This document shows, piece by piece, positions 56,419-64,000 of a stretch of 64,000 nucleotides of DNA; within the stretch, counting starts at the first letter, position 1, and each line of letters begins with the position of its first letter. Origin of the DNA: a virus; the IMG/VR virus record IMGVR_UViG_3300023174_004605, positions 1 to 64,000 of that record, one strand, 5' to 3'. The notes under the pieces were generated by a model, which ran no database searches, had not been told where the DNA came from, and saw only the letters and a program-made list of their open reading frames with translations. The translations under genes and the position numbers were made by a program.

Positions 56419-57529
56419 GATTAGAATAGATGAAATTTATAATAACACATTTTGGCCCTGGTTGCAACACAATCGGCCAGGCACAAGATTGTTTTTCTGT
56501 GATCCATTTGGTCATACTGATCCAGAACATCTATTTAATCTAAGCACCGGCACCGGAAAAGAAACCAACTACGTTTTTATGCATGATCAAGAACCGGCGG
56601 ATGCTGACCTGTTTGATGCTTTGTTCCAAGACGTGCTTAGGAGAAATACCGATGTATGGTGGCCCAACAAACCCAATCCGTTTGGACATGTTATAGTCAG
56701 CGAACAAGGTGAACAAGTACAACAGTTGTGTGCAAAATATGATTGGACTGCTCACTATTATTTCTTTCATGGATGGGCCTGTCTAGATTGGTTCCGCGGA
56801 TATGATCGAACATTTTTAATTCCACGTGCCCAAGATAGAACACCAACAAAAACTTTTATGAGTCCCAACAGGATCATAGGAGGCCAACGTGATCACAGGG
56901 TGTTATTCCTTTACCATATATTTAAAAATCAAATATCCAATATGAATATCAGTGCCCCACGTGTGTGTCCTTGCGAAGATATAGACATCTCTGTGATAGC
57001 AAGAAAGTATTGTAATCAATATCCTGACATTGCAAATGTATTAGACAACGCCGGACTACCTCGACTGTTCGACGGTGAGGCCCAACAACAGATGTCATCG
57101 TGCTGGCTAACTAATTTTGCAGAAGCTGCAGACAGCTTAGTTTATGTGCCAACTGAAACTGTGTACTTTGGACGTAGGTTGCACATCACAGAAAAAACTT
57201 TCAAGGCTATAGCTTTAGAAATGCCTTTTGTATTGGTAGCTCCCGGGGGCAGTTTAGAATACATGAAACGTTACGGGTTTCAAACTTTCGACTCGGTGTT
57301 TGACGAAAGTTATGATACTGAGTCCAATGACTTGTTACGTGTAGAACAAGTAGCAAAACTCTTAAAAGATCTAGACAACTTGACCGAAAAAGAACGACAA
57401 CAAATACACCGAGCATGCTTGCCAATGGTTGAACACAACTATAATCATTTCTATCGTGGTGGCTTTGCTGACATTTTGTGGCACGAATTGAATACCATGT
57501 TAAATAATCTGAAAACCAAATTACAATGA
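56417..57529 (+). CDS. Putative glycosyltransferase (GT10-like C-terminal motif)
   Basis: PTET...ITEKTFKAI...PF, GFQTF...DESYD. Confidence 0.55.
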   Translation: MIRIDEIYNNTFWPWLQHNRPGTRLFFCDPFGHTDPEHLFNLSTGTGKETNYVFMHDQEPADADLFDALFQDVLRRNTDVWWPNKPNPFGHVIVSEQGEQVQQLCAKYDWTAHYYFFHGWACLDWFRGYDRTFLIPRAQDRTPTKTFMSPNRIIGGQRDHRVLFLYHIFKNQISNMNISAPRVCPCEDIDISVIARKYCNQYPDIANVLDNAGLPRLFDGEAQQQMSSCWLTNFAEAADSLVYVPTETVYFGRRLHITEKTFKAIALEMPFVLVAPGGSLEYMKRYGFQTFDSVFDESYDTESNDLLRVEQVAKLLKDLDNLTEKERQQIHRACLPMVEHNYNHFYRGGFADILWHELNTMLNNLKTKLQ

Positions 57530-58545
57530 TAAATTCTTATACCAGCTGGCAACCACTTGAAGAGGTCATAGTAGGACGAGCCTTTCCGCCTGACTACTTT
57601 GATTTTATTGACAACGCACAGGTGCGAAATCAATTACAACAAATCTTGGCAGAAACCGAAGAAGATTTATTAAATCTACAACGCATCATCGAACAATATG
57701 GTGCTCGGGTGCGACGACCAGATCTACCCAACAAAGACAATTTTACTCAACAACAAATATATAATAATGGTGCATCTTTGCCACCACTGACTCCAAGAGA
57801 TTGGCAAATTACCTTGGGTCAAAAATTATTGCGTGTATTACCTATTCCTGAATTAGATCAAATTTGTTCTGAGTATAAAACTCAAGTAATCAATCCACAC
57901 GGAGAAACCTGGAGTCCAGACTGTGTGTTAAATGGTGCAAGTGCATCATGCATCGTGCGTGTAGGGCGTGACATATTCTTTGATAATAGTGATTTTTTAC
58001 GCCCAGAGCAAACACGCTGGATCGTGGACAATGTGTTGGGGTCGGAATACAGAATACATGAAGCTGTAACTGATGGCCATGGCGATGCTGTATTTGCTAT
58101 ATTGAAACCCGGGGTTATACTAAGCAGCAAACATGACATGCATCTGCATCTAGCCCAGGATTTTCCAGGATGGGAAGTTTTAAAAATTTGGGACAGCTCA
58201 ATTTGGGCTGCTATGGAAGTTGGAAAATTTAAATGGGAAGCGAATCCAGGTGCATGGTATGTACAAGGACAAACACCTACACCCGAATTTACTGAATTTG
58301 TAGATTTATATCTTAATAAGTGGACAGGGTTTGTGGCCGAAACAGTATTTGATGTGAACTGCTTGGTGCTGGACGAAGAGAATGTGATCTTCAGTGCCTA
58401 CAATCGAGATGTTTTTGATTTTTGTAAAAAGCATAGAATCAATCCTATTATTTCAGAATTACGTCACAGTTATTTTTGGGATGGTGGAATCAGTTGTTGC
58501 ACCCAAGATCTTAGAAGACGTGGAGGATTGGAAACTTATCTATGA
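57526..58545 (+). CDS. Amidinotransferase (glycine/inosamine amidinotransferase-like)
   Basis: SWQPLEEVIVG, PRD, GHGDA..LKPG, DGGISCCTQD. Confidence 0.85.
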   Translation: MINSYTSWQPLEEVIVGRAFPPDYFDFIDNAQVRNQLQQILAETEEDLLNLQRIIEQYGARVRRPDLPNKDNFTQQQIYNNGASLPPLTPRDWQITLGQKLLRVLPIPELDQICSEYKTQVINPHGETWSPDCVLNGASASCIVRVGRDIFFDNSDFLRPEQTRWIVDNVLGSEYRIHEAVTDGHGDAVFAILKPGVILSSKHDMHLHLAQDFPGWEVLKIWDSSIWAAMEVGKFKWEANPGAWYVQGQTPTPEFTEFVDLYLNKWTGFVAETVFDVNCLVLDEENVIFSAYNRDVFDFCKKHRINPIISELRHSYFWDGGISCCTQDLRRRGGLETYL

Positions 58546-59801
58546 ATAAAAAATTGCAAGTCAAAAAACTTTATGACAAATATGGAGATAAAATTTGTTT
58601 GGCTCCATTTCTTAATAATTTTTACACTACAAGTCACATAGTTGGAAAAGATCAGACAGCTATAAATCAGATAAAACCTTGCACAGTTATAAAATCAAAT
58701 AACGAATGGAACATACAGAATTCAAGTATCAGTGACTCAAGAAATAATATTCACTGGAAAAATCTTCGGTCAGCAATGTTAAATGGACAATTAGATCAGC
58801 TACACGGTTGTCGAGATTGTAGTGGTGCTGAAAAACTTGGAGCTTCCAGTTCACGTCAACTCAATAATGAATATCTATTCGAGCATCTTGACCTAGATAT
58901 CATGGCCGAAATAGAAAAAATTATCAACAATGGACTAACTGTAGATAGTGTTCATGCATTAGACTACATGCCCAGCAATTATTGTAACTATGCCTGTGTT
59001 ATGTGTATTGCCGGTGCCAGTAGCCAACGCCATGTATTTGAAATAAAAAATGGTGCGAAAACAAAAAATGTAACAAATCCAGTTGAGTCTGATTTTTTTG
59101 ACCTACTAAAAGATGTAAAAATATTGGGTTTTACCGGCGGAGAAACTATATTGCAACCCGAGGTTCATAAAGTAATAGATCAAATAATTGAAAAAGATCT
59201 TGCTAAAAATATGATAATAACCATGCTAACCAATGCAAGTGATTTTCCCGACGAGATGGTTGAGAAGTTTAAACATTTTAAAAAAGTTTTATATACAGTT
59301 AGCATTGACGGAATTGGTGAGATTATTGAATATCAGCGCCGTGGAGCTGATTGGAACACTGTAGAAAAAAATACAATAAAGATACATCAAACTCCGGTGG
59401 TTCATGAGATTGTTAATCATGTGGTATCTGCTATTAATATTTTACATGCCATGGATTTCGTCGATTGGTGTCATGCCAATGACATGAAATTTATTGCCAT
59501 AAGCCCAGTCTATCAACAAAATACCTTGGGCGTAGCTGCGTTGCCTCCTGAATTGAGAACCGTGGCCCTTGAAAGATTAAAAAATGGTAGAAAAAGATAC
59601 GAGCATTACAGAACTGGATACACCAACCATGAAAAAAACTGGTTAGATACTATAGACCGTTTAATAAGTAGTGTTGAAAATGTAGAATTTAGTCCAGATG
59701 CTTTGCAAAAATTTATTAAACATATTGAACTAGAAGATATGTTTAGTAAAAGACCGCTCAGAGAAGTGGTTCCAGAATGGGCTCCTTGGTTTGTTAACTA
59801 A
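58542..59801 (+). CDS. Radical SAM protein with SPASM/twitch domain (AT-rich)
   Basis: CNYACVMC, TGGE, SIDG. Confidence 0.85.
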   Translation: MNKKLQVKKLYDKYGDKICLAPFLNNFYTTSHIVGKDQTAINQIKPCTVIKSNNEWNIQNSSISDSRNNIHWKNLRSAMLNGQLDQLHGCRDCSGAEKLGASSSRQLNNEYLFEHLDLDIMAEIEKIINNGLTVDSVHALDYMPSNYCNYACVMCIAGASSQRHVFEIKNGAKTKNVTNPVESDFFDLLKDVKILGFTGGETILQPEVHKVIDQIIEKDLAKNMIITMLTNASDFPDEMVEKFKHFKKVLYTVSIDGIGEIIEYQRRGADWNTVEKNTIKIHQTPVVHEIVNHVVSAINILHAMDFVDWCHANDMKFIAISPVYQQNTLGVAALPPELRTVALERLKNGRKRYEHYRTGYTNHEKNWLDTIDRLISSVENVEFSPDALQKFIKHIELEDMFSKRPLREVVPEWAPWFVN

Positions 59802-61269
59802 ACACTTTTACATTATACTTCTGTTCAAATCTATTGGCATCTGCACGATCATTGACCATGGGTTCGCCACGTATGTTTAATGAAGTATTCAGCAACATAG
59901 GACAACCTGTACGTGCATACCAAGCTTCTAAGAGTGCTCTAATGCCGCTTCCGTCAGCTTCGACAGTCTGTACTCGGCTAGTGTTATCCACATGACAGAT
60001 AGCAGGGTATAAGTCAGGACTGCGACAAGTTGCGATTGACTGCATATAAGGACTGCTACTCCAACCCCGGGGCATATCAAAAAATTCATCCACATGCTCT
60101 GCCAGGATAACCGGCGCAAACGGTCTAAACTTTTGCCTACGTTTGATCTCATTGACTTGATCCTTTATATCTGATCCTCGGGGATCGGCAAGGAGACTTC
60201 GATTTCCAAGGGCTCGGGGTCCAAATTCTGCTCGACCGCTAGCGACACCGACGATTCTATCACTTTGTAAATGATCAACGAGGGCGCGAACAGGATATTC
60301 TCCTGGGATTTCGTGGCCAAGGTACGCATCTGTCCAGCGTAGACGTCTTCCATGGGCCAGTGCGGCAGCACCAATGCTATTGCCAGCATCGCCAGGACAA
60401 GGCATGATCCAAATGTTTTCAAAATATTCACCGAGTTTTCTATTTGCAAGACAGTTCAAAGCCACGCCGCCCTGGTAAACTAGATTTGAGCTCCAGTCAA
60501 ATTCCTGGGCACGACGCATAACACTATATATCAATTCTTCTGTTAAAACCTGAGCACTGGCCGCAATATCTTCATTGTCGGCCAGCCACAGCCAATCTGG
60601 ATCAATGCCTATGTGCAGGTTGTCTTCCAACAAGGCCCGGCATTCTTCAACGTACAGTGGCTTGCCCCAAGCTGCCATGCCCATGGTGATGTATTCTTCA
60701 TCTAGCGGGTGTAGGCCAATTCGCTGAGTAATTGCACTATAAAAGAGCCCGATACTCCGCGGATAACTTTGGCTCCAAAGTTTTTTATACGTTGCTTTAT
60801 TTTTTGTATCATATTCTGCTCCCCAGATGCTGACAGTGTCAAACTCACCAATGGCATCTATGATCACACAGGTGGCTCGATCGTATGGGCTTGTTTGAAA
60901 ACCTGCAGCCGCGTGGCACAGGTGATGACTGTAAGTTTTTATCTGTCTAGGCGGATGTTGCAACCATGCGCCCAATTGATTCCTTAGAACTTGATTGACC
61001 GTAACATTTCGCCAGTCTATGCCTTGCCCTGACACAAAATTGCGGGCTTGTTTCAACCAAGGACGTTCATAGTAGGCAATGGTATCTATGTGGTAATCAC
61101 AAAATTCTTCCAAAAGACCCTGACACAGATTGGCATCATTTTTGCGGCCACTGTAGCGTTCACTGTGACCAGCAAAAACTATTTCCCCATCACTGCGTAT
61201 CAGTGTGGCGGCTGCATCATGAAATCCGGCACTGATACCCAGTATATGTTTAGTTGGTTCCAACTTCAT
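59794..61269 (-). CDS. Carbamoyltransferase (NodU/CmcH family)
   Basis: FHDAAA, HHLCHA, GGVALNC, EFGPRALGNRS, FRPFAP, LNTSLN. Confidence 0.93.
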   Translation of the reverse strand: MKLEPTKHILGISAGFHDAAATLIRSDGEIVFAGHSERYSGRKNDANLCQGLLEEFCDYHIDTIAYYERPWLKQARNFVSGQGIDWRNVTVNQVLRNQLGAWLQHPPRQIKTYSHHLCHAAAGFQTSPYDRATCVIIDAIGEFDTVSIWGAEYDTKNKATYKKLWSQSYPRSIGLFYSAITQRIGLHPLDEEYITMGMAAWGKPLYVEECRALLEDNLHIGIDPDWLWLADNEDIAASAQVLTEELIYSVMRRAQEFDWSSNLVYQGGVALNCLANRKLGEYFENIWIMPCPGDAGNSIGAAALAHGRRLRWTDAYLGHEIPGEYPVRALVDHLQSDRIVGVASGRAEFGPRALGNRSLLADPRGSDIKDQVNEIKRRQKFRPFAPVILAEHVDEFFDMPRGWSSSPYMQSIATCRSPDLYPAICHVDNTSRVQTVEADGSGIRALLEAWYARTGCPMLLNTSLNIRGEPMVNDRADANRFEQKYNVKVFS

Positions 61270-61367
61270 TTGTAGATAAACGGATCTCGTTTACGCAGTT
61301 CTTTAAGCTTCTTACGATAACGTAGCTCTAGTCGTATGCGACTGATTATGTTTTTTATCCAAGACAT
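61266..61367 (-). CDS. 33-aa basic peptide coupled to the carbamoyltransferase
   Basis: MSWIKNIISRIRLELRYRKKLKELRKRDPFIYK; ATGA overlap. Confidence 0.6.
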   Translation of the reverse strand: MSWIKNIISRIRLELRYRKKLKELRKRDPFIYK

Positions 61368-62458
61368 TTGATTTGTTTCTCCATGTAATCTGAATCTGCC
61401 CATGAGTAAGTGTACTCAGCACTGGCTGTGCTGGTTCTAACTGCTGTCACATCAAGATGGGTATTTAACTGAGCCCATATCTCTCGGTAATCTTCTGTGC
61501 CAAAACTACGAACTAGATCTACTTGTCCAATTTGTGGGTGCCCAATGGTCAATGTTTTGTCATTGGGATCAAAATTGTTAGCCGCTAACCATTCTCTAAA
61601 TTCTTTTAATCTTATTTTTTGCCAATGAAATTCTCCTGGATTGTTGCCCCATTCAATGTCGAAATCACCAGCGGCTTCGGTCTGTGCTTTGAGACTGGTT
61701 GTAGTTAGTTCACCAAGTCTTGACTCACGTCCTTCGTCCTGGAATACTTCCCAATGGTGTTTGCCCACTGCTTTGTTCACACCTATATAAACTCCGCCTA
61801 AACTGCGATTGATAGTTTCTATGCCGAACAGCTCATAGTCTTCCTCGTCCAAAACAAATCTTGGGGCCCTTAGCCAACACATGAGTTGGCTTGGACGTTG
61901 CCATTCAGGGGCGGTGTATTTTTTCCTCCAGCTCAGTTGCCAGCTTTCGAATTCATGGCACAAGAGATTCAATTGGCGGATATGCCATCGTGTGACATTA
62001 TCTGCCCGCCAGTAGTAATCACTGATATGGCCGCTGCCGCCTTGTAGGTCTTCAAAGTATCTGTGCAACTGATTGAAATGAGCATGATTGATACCTCCGC
62101 TATCGTTTACACTATTGCTCATGTCAAAATGATCATTGATACGATATCCTAGATTGCTGTCATTGATAGCCTGTATACTACGATTTATTTGATCAAGCAA
62201 ATAGTTTCCATTCCTCGGACCATCTGGAAATCCAAAAAAACAGTAATTTTTTTCTAGATGATATTGGTTGGCCAACAGGTTGTTCAAGGACGTCAACCAT
62301 TTGCGACTGAGACTGTTATCGTAGATGTTGGCATATACACGCAAGGTATCATCTGGCGTGCCTAGATCTATTTCCACTACATCAAGTAGATATTTTCTGG
62401 TACCAATCATATATGTCCGGGTCTTTTTTGAGTATTTGATCCATGGTAAATGTGTCAC
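61355..62458 (-). CDS. Hypothetical protein (true start probably near 62410 or further in)
   Basis: Long ORF; LHRYFE, LNLLCHEFE. Confidence 0.7.
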   Translation of the reverse strand: MTHLPWIKYSKKTRTYMIGTRKYLLDVVEIDLGTPDDTLRVYANIYDNSLSRKWLTSLNNLLANQYHLEKNYCFFGFPDGPRNGNYLLDQINRSIQAINDSNLGYRINDHFDMSNSVNDSGGINHAHFNQLHRYFEDLQGGSGHISDYYWRADNVTRWHIRQLNLLCHEFESWQLSWRKKYTAPEWQRPSQLMCWLRAPRFVLDEEDYELFGIETINRSLGGVYIGVNKAVGKHHWEVFQDEGRESRLGELTTTSLKAQTEAAGDFDIEWGNNPGEFHWQKIRLKEFREWLAANNFDPNDKTLTIGHPQIGQVDLVRSFGTEDYREIWAQLNTHLDVTAVRTSTASAEYTYSWADSDYMEKQIKCLG

Positions 62459-63695
62459 CTCGGATGTTTTCTAATTTTAACATACGTTGTTTGCCTTTTG
62501 CAAGACCTTCCTGATAAGTTTCTGGCCATTGTTCGGCAAAAGTTGGGCGAGATTTCAATTGCAATAGAACGTCTTGTAAGGCACCCGCTGGTAAATTGGA
62601 AATTATAAGATCTACAGTTTTGTTTAATAATTCTCTGGGCAAGGCCAGGGGACTCATTATGATGTCTGGGCCAAAACTGAACACAACCTTGGCCAAGATG
62701 TCTACGCCCAACTCGCTGGCCAGTTTTTGTATCGATTCAACTTCAAATAGCCCGGGCAAGGTCAAAGTAAAATCGATACGCATCTGACGACGATGGCGGG
62801 CAATATCCACGCCCTGTTGAAAATTTATCAACCAAGAGTTATAGTTTAAACCAGTTCTTATGTATTCTCCTACAGCACCAGTGCCGTCTAGGCTGGCACA
62901 AATCTGCCAGTCACGCATGTGTGCCAAAATGTCCTTGTAGAGATTTATTCCTTTGTACTCGATTCGGCTAAGATTGGTGTTATATCGGGCATACACACGT
63001 GGCCCATCACCCAACTCAATGATACGTTTCATGTAGCGCCAATGTTGTTCGTACATTAGAGGTTCGCCGCCTACCCAATAAACTTCTTCCACACGATGTT
63101 GTTCCACAGCCAAGGCAAATTCAGCTTCAATCTGGCTGTCTTGATAGGCCGAAATCTGTTCACGTACTTCCGGAAGCATCCAGGTGTTCTTGGAATTTGA
63201 CCAGTCGATCATGTTGTGTTGCCGTTGTTCCGTTTCCCAACTACTGCTGAGCATGTCTCCACACATACGACATTTGAAGTTACAAAGATTGCTGAATCTA
63301 TAATCCCAACTCACAGGGCGTACCTTGGTAAATCCATAGCGGTCTGTGGCTCTTACACATTCTTCGTACTTGTGGGCAAACAATCTATTGAAATAGTCTC
63401 TATATACGTCGGTGTTCAATAGTTTGTTGTTGCAGACTTCACATTCTGGCAAGATTTCGCCTTTCATCATACGCAGTCGCACGCTTCGCATGTGAGGACT
63501 ATTCCAGTGTTCATCCAGGCTCACAGGTTTGTATTGCCCAGAACCAGTGGCAGTGTCTATGTATTGCTCAAAGTTTTGAGCAGGTTCACGGCTGGCACAA
63601 CACATTCGCCGTTCAGTTTGTGGGCTGAGATAGGTATGTGTCCAAGGTGCCATGCACAGGGTATCTGGTCGTTCAGGTGGGGCCGGCATAATCAA
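62382..63695 (-). CDS. Radical SAM protein with SPASM/twitch domain
   Basis: LCMAPW, MCC, CNFKCRMC, GGEP, SLDG. Confidence 0.88.
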   Translation of the reverse strand: MIMPAPPERPDTLCMAPWTHTYLSPQTERRMCCASREPAQNFEQYIDTATGSGQYKPVSLDEHWNSPHMRSVRLRMMKGEILPECEVCNNKLLNTDVYRDYFNRLFAHKYEECVRATDRYGFTKVRPVSWDYRFSNLCNFKCRMCGDMLSSSWETEQRQHNMIDWSNSKNTWMLPEVREQISAYQDSQIEAEFALAVEQHRVEEVYWVGGEPLMYEQHWRYMKRIIELGDGPRVYARYNTNLSRIEYKGINLYKDILAHMRDWQICASLDGTGAVGEYIRTGLNYNSWLINFQQGVDIARHRRQMRIDFTLTLPGLFEVESIQKLASELGVDILAKVVFSFGPDIIMSPLALPRELLNKTVDLIISNLPAGALQDVLLQLKSRPTFAEQWPETYQEGLAKGKQRMLKLENIRGDTFTMDQILKKDPDIYDWYQKIST

Positions 63696-64000
63696 TCAGT
63701 TGTGCAAATTCTGGTTCTACCACTGCTAGATTTTGATTGCGTTTACGATCCAAATCTGCCACTCTCATGCGCAGAATAAAACCATCTAGGCTGGTTCCGT
63801 TATTCATAAAATCTGCAATTTGATCAAATTCTTTTCTGGTTGCTGGATCCACTTGAGCCGAGCAAAGTTTTTGCGTGATAGCTTTTTTGGCCGATTCTGG
63901 AAGAGTAGCTATACTAAAATAATAGGCATCATGCATCATGTTCCAGTATACAAAATCAAAATTTTGTTGTCTAATCCATTCAGCCACGTGTTGCAGGTAA
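63673..64000 (-). CDS. C-terminus of another probable radical SAM/twitch protein (truncated by the window edge)
   Basis: LPESAK...LDRKRNQNL..PEFAQL resembles the C-termini of the paralogs. Confidence 0.55.
   Translation of the reverse strand, partial: YLQHVAEWIRQQNFDFVYWNMMHDAYYFSIATLPESAKKAITQKLCSAQVDPATRKEFDQIADFMNNGTSLDGFILRMRVADLDRKRNQNLAVVEPEFAQLIDYAGPT

Noticed and set aside
1-64000. Stop-codon reassignment
   Set aside because: Recognisable genes are full length in code 11 and end in TAA, TGA and TAG; no suppressor tRNA was seen.
1-64000. CRISPR array, IS/transposase, integrase, introns or inteins, rRNA
   Set aside because: No regularly spaced repeats or diagnostic motifs were seen by eye; core genes appear uninterrupted.

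Overview
A 64 kb segment of a large T4-like tailed phage genome. Evidence: family-B DNA polymerase, gp45-like clamp, T4-type RNase H, ThyX, and both sigma70 and (T/C)AAATA late-type promoters. No capsid or tail genes, CRISPR array or transposase were seen. Host-derived genes (DUF3460-like, Bug/TctC, TorF-type porin, RpoZ, tmRNA tag ending FALAA) suggest a betaproteobacterial (Burkholderiales-like) host. Main content: (1) a dispersed 7-deazaguanine DNA-modification pathway: TGT/DpdA-like protein beside the polymerase and clamp, FolE, QueD, QueE and a second T-fold protein with the LxxxHRHxF DpdL-type motif, with no QueC/QueF in the window. queD is preceded by a preQ1-I-like pseudoknot coupled to an SD-sequestering hairpin, a candidate phage riboswitch for its own modified-base pathway. 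(2) A very large nucleotide-sugar/glycan-decoration gene set, including an RfbH + ThDP-enzyme + reductase trio suggesting a branched 3,6-dideoxy sugar. (3) A translation/transcription island with 7 tRNAs (three structurally atypical), a circularly permuted two-piece tmRNA and an RNAP omega subunit lacking the MAR motif. (4) Envelope and transport genes. (5) A MoxR AAA / vWA-peptidase pair split by an array of small paralogous genes. All assignments come from motif recognition by eye; no searches were run.
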